64,000 bases of DNA from Sphyrna mokarran (taxonomy: Eukaryota): assembly GCA_024679065.1 (NCBI GenBank), contig JAGIQG010000014.1, positions 6,820,001 through 6,884,000 on the forward strand, read 5' to 3'. The notes beneath the pieces were generated by a model, which saw only the letters and a program-made list of their open reading frames with translations, did not search any database and was not told where the DNA came from. Shown in pieces: positions 37,665 through 52,100 of this stretch. Both the position numbers and the translations under genes were made by a program. Every line of letters starts with the position of its first letter. Within the stretch, counting starts at the first letter, position 1.

Positions 37665-38423
37665 GTAACAATTCAGGCACACTCCAAAAATAAACTCTCA
37701 CAGCCCTACAAACCCTAACACTAAAGAACCCATGACTTCCGAAGGACTGGCTTATTCGGTAACATACTGCCCAGTGTTTCAGAGATGTAATTGACTGCCT
37801 TTTTTCCCTCTGGTTGCCTATCAGTAAGTTTCATGTATGTTACTTCAAGACACAGCCCGGAATATAGAACATTCAAGCTGGCATCCACAGGAGAAATAAG
37901 CGTCGACTTCAATTCAGCAATTACAGTCATGCTATTTTAGAAGTAAAAAAATACTAAAATAGAACAGCAGAGATGAATTTTCACACTTTTGTGAATTCTG
38001 GTTTTCTGTTCTCTGGGTTGATGGTGGACAGGACATAACGTCATTGGAAAGACAGACATGATGTAATTCAGGAGGGTTTGGGGGCTGATTTGAAGGTGAG
38101 CATCTATTTTTTTTTATTCAGTTATGGGATAGGGACACTGCTGGTAGAAATCATAATTTACTATTAATCCTCAATCGTTCTTCAGAGAACAGTTAAGTGT
38201 CAAATAGGTTCCAGTATGTCTGGACTGATATGCAGACGACAGTGGGTGAGGGTGGCATGTTCCTTTTCCTTTTGGCTGAGGGGAAGCAAACAGGTATTTA
38301 TGACGATTCATTCATGTGATCACTGGATTTTTGGAAAAAAAAGAATATTGTTTTTTAATTCTGCAATCTGGTAGCATTCACAACTAGAACTCCAGAATAT
38401 ACGTTAGGTGCCTGAATTGTTAC
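37665..38423. other. Local inversion (~0.75 kb) bounded by a perfect 16-bp inverted repeat
   Basis: Interior is the reverse complement of paralog ~54870-55625. gtaacaattcaggcac (37665-37680) pairs with gtgcctgaattgttac (38408-38423). Confidence 0.85.
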
Positions 38424-38579
38424 CAAACTATATGAGAAATTACCTGCCGCTCAGTAATGTAAAGATGCAGCAATCTCCTGGAGGAAGCTATTAATCAACT
38501 GGTTAAACTGCACATTTTGACATTCTCCAGATTCTGAATAGAAATCAGATCCATGCATGTAACAAACAGATCCACTTCA

Positions 38580-39640
38580 TGTAACAAAACAACTATGGTG
38601 TAAATTAGCACCATTACGATAAGGCAGAATCTGATATAAAGCAATTCCCGCACTATACGGTAGCCCGTGCAGTGTAATATATTAACTGCAATGTAAGGCA
38701 TAAAAGTGTAAGGCACACTTGTTATTCATTGAGGATCCAGCAGCGTCAGAAGATTACAGTGTAAGGCAGAACCCTGTGGTGTAAGATACTGGTGTAACTG
38801 TGTGTAAGGCGGAACCTGTGATATAAGTCACAATTTGAAATGCAATAAGGTACCTGTGCTGTTAGTGCCGTCCTGTAATGTAAGGTACTATCTGCGGTGC
38901 AAGGCCTCATTTTTCATTGTGAGGCAGTACCAATTATGTAAGTATGTGGTATAATGCAATCCTGCAAAGAAAGCTTCTTCCTGCAGTGAGGGTAATTCCT
39001 GTGAAGAAGGGAGTACCTGTGGGGTATGACAATATCTGAGGTGAAATCATTCCCCGCGGTCTAAGCCAATAATTTTTTGTAACACAGCAACTACGGTTTA
39101 AAGCAGTCCTTCCCGTTTCTAATGGTATCTGTGTAATAATTCAGATCAGAAATTCCAAGGTGTAGGGATTCTATTATACTGGGATATTTAACCATAACCA
39201 CCGATTGAGTAAGTCATGGCGGTGTCTACAGAAAACTTTCCTCTGAATTCAGGTTATCAACAACAATACATTGACATAGCACCTCTAATGTAATAAAACA
39301 TCCCAAAGTGTTTTGCAGAGATGAGAAAAGAAAGTAAGGCAATTAGCTCCAGAGGCAGACATCAGGTGTTGTATGAAGGTTGCCTGCACTATTGAAGAAG
39401 TATCCACGTTGGAAAGCAGCAGATGCGGTGTAAGGCAATACCTGCAGTATAAGGACGTGTGGATGGTGCAACACAATACGTCTGGAGCAATCAGTACCTG
39501 CGGTGTAAAGAAGCTGTAGTGATGTACGGTAGAACTTATGATTAAAGGAAGTAGCTTTGGTGTAAGAAAACACTTATGGTGTAAAAGCAACTGCAGTGCA
39601 GGGCAGTACTTGCGGTTTCCGGTGGTGCAATGTGTTGTGG
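38580..39640. repeat. Degenerate 19-bp minisatellite, distal block of the gene 3 unit, with a 200-bp insert at 39164-39363
   Basis: Recurring gtgtaaggca/gtacctg words; paralogous to 27540-28420. Confidence 0.75.
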
Positions 39641-40351
39641 ACCAGGTCAGAAATTTGAATGCATTTAATGAAGTCTGCCTGAACCATGTGTTTTGCACAT
39701 TGAATTTAGCGCTCGTAAGCGTGTTATGTTTCACTCCAAGTATGAATTAAATGACCTAAAGGTGAGCTTGTGTCTCACAAACATAATTTTAGAAAGAAAA
39801 TTGGAAAATTAACTTTTAGCAATTACAAATAAGAAAACAAACAACCAAGATATTGTTTAAACCTTAACAGCTCAATGTACTGTACAAATACAACATGCTT
39901 ACGGACATGTAACCCCTACTTTCGATTTAGCACAAAAATTATGTATGCCCAATGAGTTTTCAGCTCTGCAAGACCTGTCGTTGTTAGTTCTTTGGATGGA
40001 GAAAAGAAACAACCGCTTCTCCACTCTGGAGCTCCCAGCACCTCGAAGTGGAGATAGTGCCATTGCTTTTCTCCAGCTTGCAAACCAACAACAACAAAAC
40101 GTTCACTCCGGAAAAGTAAGAAACAGTATTTCAAACTAACTAGCAGAATTGTTTAAAAGAACAGAGAGGGAAAATCCAGCCTTGAGTCCAGGCAACTTCG
40201 GAATAACCAGAAAACAAAAGTAAATGTGAAAGAATCTTGCGACTTGTCGAACGTTTTTCCGCAGCAATTCCAAAATTGCCAAAAACTCCAAGACAGTGCA
40301 TTCGGTCCAGATTAAAAATAAACAAAACGCAATTTAACTATTTGAGGAGTG

Positions 40352-41789
40352 TTTACAAAGAACAAAGCACAAAACAGCACGGAAAACAGGCCTTTCGGAC
40401 CAACAAGCCCGCGCCGCCTCCCCCGATGTTCCCACCTCTACCCACGATCCCTGCCCATGTCTATAGATGTATGGATTAAAAACCAAATTTGAGACAATTT
40501 AGGGAGAATTTGTTTTGCCAATTAGCCTATGAGCACATCTTTGGGATGTGGGAGGAAACCGGAGCACCAGGAGACAACCCACGCAAGCAGGGGGAGAATG
40601 CACAAACTTTCACAGACACAGGCCCAAATCCATGCATCTGCACAGCACAGTGATAGTCACTGAGCTGTCGTGTTGCCCATCAAATGGTCCAGGTCAAGCG
40701 TACACTAATGACGTGAAGCATTAGGATAATCTCGAAAAAAATCCAAGAGCAGCCCTCTCACGACCCATCGCGTGTATGCCCCTTGTTAGACAACAAGGTG
40801 GACCAAAGCACCTGTAGGATAAAAACAAGTACATCAATATCATCATCTATTTACACACTTCCCAGGGACTCCCAAGGCTCATGATCCCTATTTTAAATCA
40901 GTTTTCTATACCCCTCCATTCCCATTCTGTTCATGTGCCCATCTAAGTATTTCTTAAATAACTCCAGAGTACCTGCCTCCACCACTTTACTTGGCAGCGC
41001 ATTCCATACCCCCACCACCCTCTGTGTGAAAAAACTCCCTCTCGTATCCAAGTTATACCTTAACCCCCTCACCCTAAGCTCGTGACCCCTCGTGCGATTA
41101 GAGTTCATCCTAGGAAAAAGCTTAACCCAGTTTTCTCTAATTATACCCCACATAATCGTGTACACTTCTATTAGATCTCCTTTAAGTCCACGTCTTTTTA
41201 AGGAAAACAGCCCCAATTTGCCAAGCCACTCCTCGTAACTCAGACCTTCAATACCAGGCACCATCCTGGTAAACCTCCTCTGCACTCTCTCCAGAGACTC
41301 CACGTCCTTCCGGTAGTGAGGAGACCAGAACTGGACGCAGTATTCCAAATTAGGCCTAACCAACGTTTTATACAACTGCAACATTAAAGGCCAGCTCTTG
41401 TACTCTATACGCCTTCCTATAAAGGCTAACATACTATATGTTTTCTTCACAACCTTCTCCGCTTGCTCTGCCACCTTCAGAAACTTGTTCACCTGTACCC
41501 CCAGGTCCCTCTGCGTTTCTATACTCTTAATAGGTCTACCCATTACCATATACCTCCCTCCTACATTCTTTCTCCCGAAATGCATCACCTCACATTTATC
41601 AGGATTGAATTCCATCTGCCATCTATCTGCCCAAGCTACCAGCCTATCTATGTCCTGCTGCATCGCCTGACAATGCTCCTCACTGTCCGCAAGTCCAGCC
41701 ATCTTTGTATCGTCTGCAAACTTGCTGATCACTCCACTTACTCCCTCTTCTAAGTCATTTATGTATATTACAAATAGAAGAGGTCCCAG
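40352..41789 (-). mobile_element. CR1-type LINE family B, 5'-truncated, 279-aa intact RT C-terminal ORF and long 3' UTR with V-SINE domain
   Basis: ORF 40893-41732 has KFADDTK, LVRPNLEYCVQFW and FFTQRVVGVWNALP. The 3' UTR spans 40352-40892. Confidence 0.95.
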
Positions 41790-41899
41790 TAGTCAGGCAG
41801 ATCGATGCTTGTTTATTATAGTAGAAAACACGGTTAAATTTACGTTTCTTAAAGCACATCTTGGTAAAGTAAGCCGTTACTTAAGGTCTTTAGCAGTAG

Positions 41900-44170
41900 C
41901 TGGCGCAAACTGGTGCCTGTGGTGTAATACAGAATTTTTGTTTAAGGTACCACTTGCGCTTAAGACAGTAGCCGCGATGCAAGGATCATCTGTAGCCATA
42001 GGCAGTGCTCGTAGGACTATGCAGTGCTTGCAGTGCAGGGCAGTACCTGTGCAGCAAGACAGCGCCTACGATATCAGCAAACATGTCCAATAACATACAG
42101 CATCTGTGGTGAAAGGCAACCCCTGTGGTTTAAGATATCAATTGTAGTGGAAGACAGCACCCGTATGCAAAAATGGAACTGAGGTGTAAGACATTAACTG
42201 GGGTGCAAAGCAATTGTGGGTAGTGAAGGCAGTTCCTCCAGTGAAAAAAGCACCTGCGTGTATGACATGACTTGTGGTAAAAGGCGACAGCTGTAGAATA
42301 AGGCAGTAACTCAATGTAAGGTCTTGGATGCTGTGCCACTCAGTACCATTGATGTAAGACACTAACTTTGTGTATTGGAGCGTCTGATGTGAAGGCAGTT
42401 TCTGTGGCCTAAGGCAACACCTGTTCTGCAAGGCAGTACTTCCGGTCTAAGGGAATCCCCGCACTGCAGTGAAGGCAGTAGTTCTTGTGAAGGCAGTACC
42501 TACAGTGTCAAACATGCACGTAATTGCATATGGTGTAAGGCATAACTTGTGACGTAAGTTAGTAATTTTGGCCTATAACAGACTCTGCGGCCTTAAAACA
42601 GGACCTGCAGTATAAATAAGTGGATTTGATATATGGTAATACCCTGGTGCAATGCCGTTCACGTGGTGTAAGACATTGCCGGAGCTGAAATTATTTCCCC
42701 GCAGTGTAAGGCAGTACCGTTGTTAGAAAGTGGTAATGCAGTTCTTGCAGTAAAGACAATGCACGCATTGAAAGGCAGGACAGGTGATATAACGCAGTAC
42801 GTGTGCTTTGAGGATGTTCCTGTGGTGGAAGGCATGCAATTGCTGCAACGCTTTGCCGGCAATGTAAGGAAGTACTTGCGGTGTAAGGCAGTGCTTACAG
42901 TACAAGCTGGTACCTATGGCGTTATAAAATAGCTTCATTTTAAGTTTTGTGGTGTAATGCAACATCTGCGGATCCACGTACTACTTGCAGTTTGTATAGA
43001 CACTGCTGTTTTAAGGCAGTGTGAGTTAGTGTCTTTTGTAGTACCTTATACTTGAAGTGTAAGGCAGAATATGCGGTATAAGACAGGAGTTGCAGTATCT
43101 GTAGTGTAAATCAGTAGCTCCGGTAAAAGGTAGAACCTGCGGTGCAATTAAATACTTGCGGCGTAATGCAAAATTGTGTTTGCAAGGAAGTAGCTTCCAT
43201 GTAAAAAATGTTGTTCAATGCAGTATCTGTGGTTCAAGGCAGTACCTATGGTTGAAGTTAGTATTATTGTGTCAGAAAACAACTGTGTTTTCAAGGAGAA
43301 CCACTGGTGTGAGGCATTCACTGCGGAATTAGTCGGAAACTGTTCTGTAACCACAAAGTGTAATATAATGCAGTACCTGTGATGTGTGACAGAACCATTG
43401 ATGGAAGACATACTTCTTCCATTAGGAAGAATATTAGAGGTTTGCTAAGGTGCATTAACTGTGACGTAAGGCAAAACCAGTGGTGCAAGACAATGCTTGT
43501 AATATAATACATATCTATCGTTTCCGGCGCTACCTGATCTATCAACCTGCTGTGTATCTGTAGCGGAAGCGAGTAACTTAAGTGTAAAACGGAATGTTTA
43601 GTGCAATGCCCCACTTGGGGTTGTAATGGAACATCCGCTCTTTCAGGCAATACCTATATTGCAAAGTTGTACTGCGGTGTAAGGCTGCATGTGGTACAAG
43701 ACAGCGACTGCGGTTTAAGGGAGAAACTATGATGCATTGCATGCCTGCGATGTAGGTCTGTACGTCATGTGTAAGGCAGTGCCTGCGGTGTCAGACAACA
43801 GCCGCAGCATAAGGCTGTATCTGTTGTTCAAGACCGCGCCTGAAGTGCAGGGCTGTTCCTGTGGTGCAATAAAGTACTTACAGTTTAAGACATTACCAGC
43901 GGTGAGCCGATCGTGTAAGGTGGTGCCCCCTTGTATAAGATAGTCGCTATAGTGTACGCAGTACCTGCTGTATAATGTTGGACCTGCTGTGTGGTCAATA
44001 TCTGCGGTATGGGTAGTAACTAATTGCAACGCATTTCCTCCGGTTTAAGTCAGTAATCGGATGCAAGATGGTTCCTGAGGTAATGCAATAAATGTGATGC
44101 AAGGCAGTACCTGCGATTTATCGTGGTACATGCATCATAAGACTGTATACACATGCAAGGCAATTAGGGC
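41900..44170. repeat. Degenerate 19-bp minisatellite, proximal block directly 3' of GPCR gene 3
   Basis: Recurring gtgtaaggcagta/cctgtgg words. Confidence 0.8.
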
Positions 44171-44391
44171 TGATGCAAACATATTTTAATCCACTATTAG
44201 AAAGACATCATTGATGTTCTTTGTGTAGACTGACTGGGAGTAAGCCGTTACGTAAGAAAACACCAACAGTCAACGGCGAATAGCAGTAGGCGTCAGAAGA
44301 TAAAACAAAGAGTGGAACAATGCTTCTGATGTCCTTTATTTAAAGAGACGCTTTTTGTGGCAAGAAGGCCGGCATTCAAACGTGTACTTTA

Positions 44392-45323
44392 CTATTGCCT
44401 GAACAGGAATACTAGTTTTAATTTTACATATTTTTGCAACGTCAGAATCATTGTCCAAGGAGATTTCACGATCTTCTTCAGCTCTTCCCTGAATTTAACT
44501 TGTGTAACTACATAAATGCAAGTGTTTGTGCATGAACTTAAATGGAGGAGCATTGCTCCGGTTTCAGCGGCGATATACTCAGGGGAGGTATAATCCGGCC
44601 GGATATGAACGATGACGCCAGTGGCTAAATTACTAACGACTGCTGTCAGCCACAACAATAGAAAGCTACTAGAAATAGTGAACAATAAAATAATAGACTT
44701 CCTTCGGTTCTGTATCTCTGGATCATTCTGATTCTCACTGCTTTGACCCCGGAGGCCCGCACGGACTTTGCTGGACAACAAAATCCGTTTGATTGTCAAA
44801 AAATTAAATAGTAATATCAAAATGAAGGGAATCCAGTTCAATAAGATACTTTGTAACCACCTGAATGTCATACCAGCATGAGAAGTATAAAAATCTTCGT
44901 TGGGGATGACACCCCATTGAACACCATTTATTGTGCTTCTCTCTTCATATGCAAACCAACGGTACACGTTCTGTAAATAGATAAGGACCGTGGCTGTTGT
45001 TAAAACTGCAGCCGCTGTTCTAGCTGTGCAATAGATTGTTTTAAACTTCTGACTGCATATAGCAATACATCGGTCAAACGTGAACGAGACTGTAAACCAT
45101 ACTGACATGTACAGGTTATTACAAAGCATATATATCATTAATTTGCAAACAACAGTGTAGGAGAGGAATGAATTTGGAAAACGTTTTCTTAGAAGATTAT
45201 ACAAAGTTATATTGATGACCATTACCAACAAATCTGCTATTGCCATAGCCACCATGTAGATAGAGACACATCTGGAAAGGCCGCAATTTCCTTTGGCGAG
45301 GATCACGATGGTCACGAGATTCG
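44392..45323 (-). CDS. GPCR gene 3, exon 2: GPR139-like class A GPCR; spliced product 333 aa
   Basis: Intact 932-nt exon with acceptor tctctcgttcttacag|CG. Has the DRC variant of DRY. AATAAA lies ~50 nt past the stop (44335-44340, minus strand). Confidence 0.92.
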
Positions 45324-45534
45324 CTGTAAGAACGAGAGAGAAAAACCAAGTAACGGAAGCAGTCTAGGGCCACTCAAAGCATGCTTCAATGAAATGTTTG
45401 GGCGCACTTTTTCTCAGTTATTGACACGGGCTCATTCTATTGTACATACGAGCAGAGGCAATATATTTACTGGAATAGATCACCATAAACTCAATATTGA
45501 GGGACTCAATGCTTTCCCCATTGCAATAATTTAA

Positions 45535-46258
45535 TAACATTGAACATTAGAACATGGAACATTACAGCGCAGAACAGGCCCTTCGGCCCTCGATGTTGCG
45601 CCGACCAATTAAGAAAAAGCAATGAACCTCTAACCTAAACCATTCCCTTTTCATCCATAAACCTATCCACGGACCTCTTAAATGCCCCCAAACTTGGCGC
45701 ATCTACAACTGCAGCAGACCGCGCATTCCATACCCTTACCACCCTCTGGGTAAAGAACCTACCTCTGACATCCGTCCTATAACTACCACCCCTTAATTTA
45801 AAGCTATGACCCCTGTGCTAGTTTTCTCCATCAGAGGAAAAAGGTTATCACTGTCCACCCTATCTAAACCTCTAATTATCTTGTATGTTTCAATAAGGTC
45901 TCCTCTTGGCCGCCTTCTTTCTAACGAAAACAACCTCAAATCCCTCAGCCTCTCCTCATAAGACCTGCCCTCCATACCAGGTAACATGCTGTTAAACCTC
46001 CTGTGCACCCTCTCCAATGCTTCCACACCTTTCTTATAATGTTGAGACCAGAACTGTACACAATACTCCAAGTGCGGCCGCACCAGAGTTTTGTACAGTT
46101 GCAACGTGACGTTGCGGCTCCGAAATTCAATCCCCCTACCAATAAAAGCCAAGACTCCCTATGCCTTCTTAACAACTTATCGACTTGATTGCCAGCTTTC
46201 AGGGATCTATGCACATATACATCTGGATCCCTCTGTTCATCAACACTATTAAGAGTCC
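45535..46258 (-). mobile_element. CR1-type LINE (family A) 3' fragment in the gene 3 intron
   Basis: ORF 45793-46152 has LVRPHLEYCVQFW. Flanked by tttaa direct repeats, and the empty site gcaataatttaagtgt is present in the gene 4 intron. Confidence 0.93.
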
Positions 46259-46594
46259 TTTAAGTGTGATCGTTTCCACATGTTGAGGCACGGGTCGCCC
46301 GATTCTGTCTACAGAATGTTAATGCAAAGTTCCCCTCAGCACCATCGAGAACAACAAAAAAAAACAAGTCTCAAATGAGATCAGTTATGATTTTGGAGAA
46401 TTGGATAAACCGAGTGATCTGGGATGCCTCCTTGCATCCATATCGATTTAATTACTGTAAAACGTCACCTCTGACACTGGTCTGAGACTCCATTCATCCT
46501 AAGTCGAAATCACACTCATTCTGCATGCCCTGGGGAAAATCCTCAGAAAGAAAATTTTGGTTTCCTCTATAAAGTGTAGTCATATCATTTCTAC

Positions 46595-47650
46595 AGTGAG
46601 CGTCCCAGGCTCAAACATCTTCAGCTGCTTCATCGTGAACTTTCTTCCACTACACGGTCAGAAGTGGGAATGATCATACATGACTCTACAATATATAATA
46701 ACACACGTGAATCTTCAGATACCAAGACAGCCCATGTCCCATTGCAGCAAGATCTGGACAACATCCAGGTTCGGACTGACAACTGACAAATAATGGCTGC
46801 GTCACACAAGTTTCAGGGAATGATCTCCTATAACAATACATAATCTAAGCATTTCCCCTCTACATTTGATGCCATCACGGAATCTGCAACTATTAGCATC
46901 AACCATAAACACAATCTGAACTCAACGAGCGATATGAAAATAAGGTTTAACAAATGTCAGCAGGGCTGGCAGCTTCCGTTGAGGGAGAAAACAGTCATTG
47001 TTTTTTTTTTCAAGCATTCCCTACTTTTGCTTCAAATCCCAGCAAATGCTTACTTTAACAAGTAAATAGCGTCCAGGACAGCAAATCAACGGTTAGAAAT
47101 CATGCGATAATTACCTGACCCCTTGTCTCTCAAAAACCTGTGCACTATTTACAAGTTGATGGAGTGATGGAATACTCTCCACTATCCTGCACGAGGGCGG
47201 CTTCAAGGATACTCAAAATGCTCCAGACAATGAAGGACGAAGCAGGCAGTTGGGTTGTTAATCATCCACAAAATGATAACTACCTCTACCGCAGACGCTC
47301 TGTAGCAGCGGTGAGCAGCATTTACAGGAACTCACGAGGCATCTCACATAGCATTATACTAAACTCTCAACCACTACCATTTACAAAGTAACGGGCAGCA
47401 GATATATGGGAATAACACCATCTTAATGTTTTCCCAAAGACACTGACAAAACTGAGTGGAAAACATATCGTCACTCATTTACTGTAGTTGTGCCAAAATC
47501 TTGGAACTCTCTTTCCCTCTACCAGCACCGTGGGTGCACTTATTACTTGGACCGCAGCGAATCAGGAAGACAGCTCACCACCCTCATCCTAAGGGCAATG
47601 AGGAATGACCAATAAAGGACATCGATGCCCACATCTCATAAATCAATAAT
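46595..47650 (+). mobile_element. Old decayed CR1-group LINE in the gene 3 intron
   Basis: Paralog of 6345-7410. Confidence 0.7.
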
Positions 47651-48418
47651 ATAAATACGACCAAACAAATGATTCATTGCTGTACAGTAATTTCCTTTGC
47701 TGCACTTTAGACAACTAAATCCATCTACCTTGTGTAGATGGCTTGTGTCAGGTGATGCGCCGGATGCACGGTAGAGCAATCGATTGAATTTAGTGTTTTA
47801 AATTTACTTGGAGGGGTATCTCAAGAGCTGCATCCAACATCAGGAGTACATAATAGTATTTCAAATAAATCAGTGAGATGACAAAATTTAAATAAATTTT
47901 GAAATGGAAATAAGTACGAAACTGATGGATTCTATTGTTTATCACCAGCGTAAGGGAACTGTCGGACGCAGAACGGGAAATAGCGGAATGGAAAACTGAT
48001 TTGCATCTTTGAGGAGAGGAGCAGTCTTCTGAATAGTTTATTTTTTATCTCTTGAAATAGCATCCAATGATTTCTGCTTTCCAGAGAGGCGCATTTCGAG
48101 GTATTGCCATCTTAAAGTGGTAAGAATACAGATTGTCATTGCAAATAAATCGCATACATATCTATGAACTGTTGGAAGGGCAGAGAATCGGCTCGATCTT
48201 CGTAAAAGTAGGGAGGGAAGTTAAACTCCCGGTGTCACGTTCTTCTGAGCTGAACCGCGGCTCAGAGGCCATGCGAACCGTTGAGACTTTCCCTGATATT
48301 CAACAATTTAACTCGACAGAGAAAAGGCATTGCAATAATGACCGTCTCGCAATTAGTTGCTGAATCAGTGAGCAGTGAGATACTCCGCAACTATGAGGCA
48401 AATGGTACCTTGACTTAC

Positions 48419-48488
48419 CGGGAGCACCAAAAGCTGCTAGCACAGGATAGAAAAGTTCCTTGATCTGAAGAATTAATGGACGGGCCAT
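48419..48488 (-). CDS. GPCR gene 3, exon 1 (MARPLILQIKELFYPVLAAFGAP)
   Basis: 70-nt exon, start of ORF 48300-48488, with G|gtaagt donor at 48418. Confidence 0.9.
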
Positions 48489-49679
48489 TATGATATCGAG
48501 AAGAATGCAAACGTTTCACTAGATGCACCGTTGCATGTAAGATTCGTAAATTGCCCCCTTTTGTAATGTAATACGTTCCCTGGGGTGAAACATCAGGCTG
48601 CTTACGAATTGCAGCAACTTAACGCAAAAGATTCCTTTCCTCTGTTTGGCCAATCGACACACTGTCAGTTCGTCAATTAACATGTGTGATCAGAAAGGCA
48701 TCCCAGAGCATATGTGTTCTGCACTGGTCCCAGAATTCAGAATGGAACATCTCAATTGACACAATGTTTGATTCTGCCAGCTTCATCATGCACTTGTTTA
48801 AACGCACGCATTTAATTCACAGCTTGCATCTATTTCGCTCCTGTTTCCCTGACTTTTCATTTGATGTGCATTGTGACAATTAGTGATGAATCGAATTTTT
48901 TTTTATTTGTGGCCATTATCTCACTTTCCTGCGTCTTTACTACGTTCTGAATTGTAGAAACTAAACTACAAATTCACTACGAATATTAATTTATCATTAT
49001 CAATGCAAACTGTAATTAAATGTGTATGACCTACTGAATCATTACTTGAGGTGATACTATTTCAGAGACTTCCGTGCCAATCCGTGAAACATAGATTAGG
49101 CTTGGCATATTTTTTGCCATCCCTCTGACGCATCAGTAAGAATTTGAGACCAAGCGATTAACACAGCTTGATGGACACGTTACATTGCTCTAGATGAGTG
49201 GCAGCAAGCTACCGCTGGATATTGATCTCAGTGCAGCCGAGCTGCAAAGAAAATTTCAGAGTGCTTTGAAGCATTTTATTGCCCTCAACTGGAACTTTAG
49301 CTATTTGAGATTTCAGTCAACTATTAAGCTATGAAAATAGTTTCTTACCGTGTGGACACCATATTTCATCCATTGAAACAGTTTTTGCAGGAGTCTACCC
49401 TGACCAATTAGCCAGTATTTAATTGACGAAATGTTTGTTGTCTCTGGACAAGCAATGCCTCCATTATAACTCCTGATTCTTAAATTCAAATTCCACATAG
49501 CTACGCTACTGTCCATCAATATCATGACTTCCACCCAAAGATTTGCTAAGCTTTACTATTCTCTTATCTTGGCATTTTGGATACTGCTCGAATTTGGCTT
49601 TCGGGTTTTCAACTGAATTTATCTAATATTCCAAATCACGAGTTTCGTTTCCCCTTAAGAATCTATAGCAACCTTCATA

Positions 49680-52100
49680 TTTGAGCAGGATTGTTCAAGA
49701 TAGCCAGTGCCAGTATGCAGCACTATTACACTCCATTGATGACAGTAAACGGGGCCAAAATCACATTGTCAAGGAGGAGGCGGGCCTGCATGCCATAGTG
49801 CAACCATTGAATCACCGGGTTGAGTTTGTCTCGAAACCCAAACTTCTTTATAATCTTCCAGAGCCCTTTGCTGCTGACAATTTCGAAGGCTTGGCTAGAT
49901 GGAAGAATTTGGTGCATTGTTCGGCATTTTGTTTTGGGCATTTCTCCTGCATTTGGCGAGCAACACACACCATGCCGATGGCTTCAATTCAGTTTTTTTT
50001 TGACTCACACTGGCTCTCCGGAAAGAAGCCCTGCTCAAGTCAGTCGGTTTAGAAGCATTCTGGCAAAGTCCTTTCCGGAAATAGTCGGTGCATAGTTGTG
50101 TTTGTCACAGGACTGGAGATTGACTTTATTTTTGCAGATGTGAGCAAAGAAGCAGTCATTGAAGTATTGTGGAAGATCCCTTTGCTCCCATGTGAACTTC
50201 AGAGATGTGTGTACTTTGTGAGCATGTATGATGCACCATATCTATCGATTTTTGCTGGAATTTGATTGGCTTCGGGAACTTTATCATTTGACAATTACTG
50301 GAAAGGCTGTCTCACTTTCAAGCAGTGTCGATGGAGTGCTGAGACAAACGGTGGGATTAACCTGGAGATGTTTACTTTACTTCACTAATATGGGACAGTC
50401 AATTGAGAACATTATTGAAGGCTCACGCGTCTGTAACATCAGAAATTACGTTGTGAGTACTGTCGACTCTAAAACACTGAATAGCGGAGAACAATTGTCT
50501 GGGTGAGCCCTAAGGAACATCTTGACAGATTCGTAGTGGTGCCTTGTGTAATTTTTGCCATCGCAGACTTATGTTTCATCTGCCTTTTGTCTCAGCCATT
50601 TGCCCTGCATCTCATGTTTTTTGCCTTGAACTGTGCTACGAATGGGGTAGTTAACAATTATTTTGCCTCCGAATTTTTCATTTCATTTCATTTAGGTATT
50701 CTTTGTATTTTTTCTTCGAAAGGATGCTGGATTTCGGGGCCATTTTCATCAAAACAGTCCTGATGCTTTCCCTTTTTGCGACCCAATAGCCGTTAATACA
50801 CAGTATCCCATCAGAAACCCCAAAGTTCCTCGATCTTGTCTTCGGGATTCTGAAGGTCACTTGGCCTCCTTAGTCCGTCAGTAAGTTGCAGTTGGATGTG
50901 GTCGATCTTCAAGCTTGAGATTTTCAGTCGTTCGGTGACCTTGAGGGCGCCTTGAGGGCGTCACTTTAACTGAATCTTCAGGCATGCTTTGGAAGCAACA
51001 TATTTGTCCTCAATCCAACAGTCAGTGCCGCATATGGTCTGAATCATCCTTAGGTCCTGATCTTTTGTAGTTCATGAGGTTCCAAAAGCCAGCTTTTGCA
51101 TCGACGATTTCAGGATGTCTGAATTTGACATGGGAGCCAGAAAACTGCGCTGGTGAGAAGTTCATGCTCAGCGTCAAATTGCAAGCGTAACAGTCCATTG
51201 CTGTTGCTTTTGCCAAACGCGTTTTCAGGACCACACCTCCCCAAGTTTGGTTATCTGCGCTGACTCTGCATTAAAGTTACAATTTTTTGCTCAGCTTGTT
51301 GATGTCGCTATAACCAGGGGTGGAGTCTTCACAGAACACATGTTTGATGAATTCAGGATTGGTCTATCTGGAGGTGATGTACCGGCCTCGGCCCTGTCCT
51401 CTTTGGTTGAACAATTCCAGAATAAAGTGCATCCAATCCCTCTTTCCCTCAGTTGAAATTCCTCTGCCAGGCACATTTTGCTCAGTGCGGCAATGCCAAC
51501 TTTAAATCGGGATGGGCCTCTGCCCAGGAGGTCAGTTTTTCTGTTCTGGTCTGTCAGCTTGGCAGTTGGCCAAGAGAATGCGTACATTCTGAGCACCAAA
51601 AGTGAGATTTATCACGTTTGTTTTCTTCTTCTTTTTGATATTGCTGCCGCTAAAGAGGCAGGTACGCCAAAGCGGCTTCTATAATTCAGGTTTTTTTTTT
51701 GGGACACCCTTCCTAGCCGTACCTCAGACGTTTTTTTGCGCAGTGCTGTCTTTAAAATGGTTCTTCAGCCTTTCAATGCATTCAACGCTGCTTCGCTTCA
51801 GTGAAAGTTCACCCCATGGCCTGAGCTACTTACTTGCAGATTTATAGCTGCATTTACAGTGTGTCACTCAAGCTGTTTTGCCCTTATTCCACGGAATTTG
51901 AGATTTGGATGATAAAAATATGAAGACAATTTACGCGTGAATTTGATTTAAGTAAGGGACAGTTGGCTCACTCGCTACTCATGTATCCAGTGGCATTACT
52001 GAATCCAGATGTCTGGATTTAAGCAGGGCGCACTAGGTGACCTCCTTGTGTCTCGTTTTGCTCATCGTGCTCCATAATACTTTGATGATTCTGCCTTTCG
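49680..52100 (-). mobile_element. Fossil RTE-clade LINE (endonuclease plus RT N-half)
   Basis: AFEIVSSKGLWKIIKKFG...LHYGMQARL...PFTVINGV (RTE-type RT) and RFKVGIAALSKMCLAEEFQLRERGIGCTLFW (RTE-type APE endonuclease). Confidence 0.85.
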
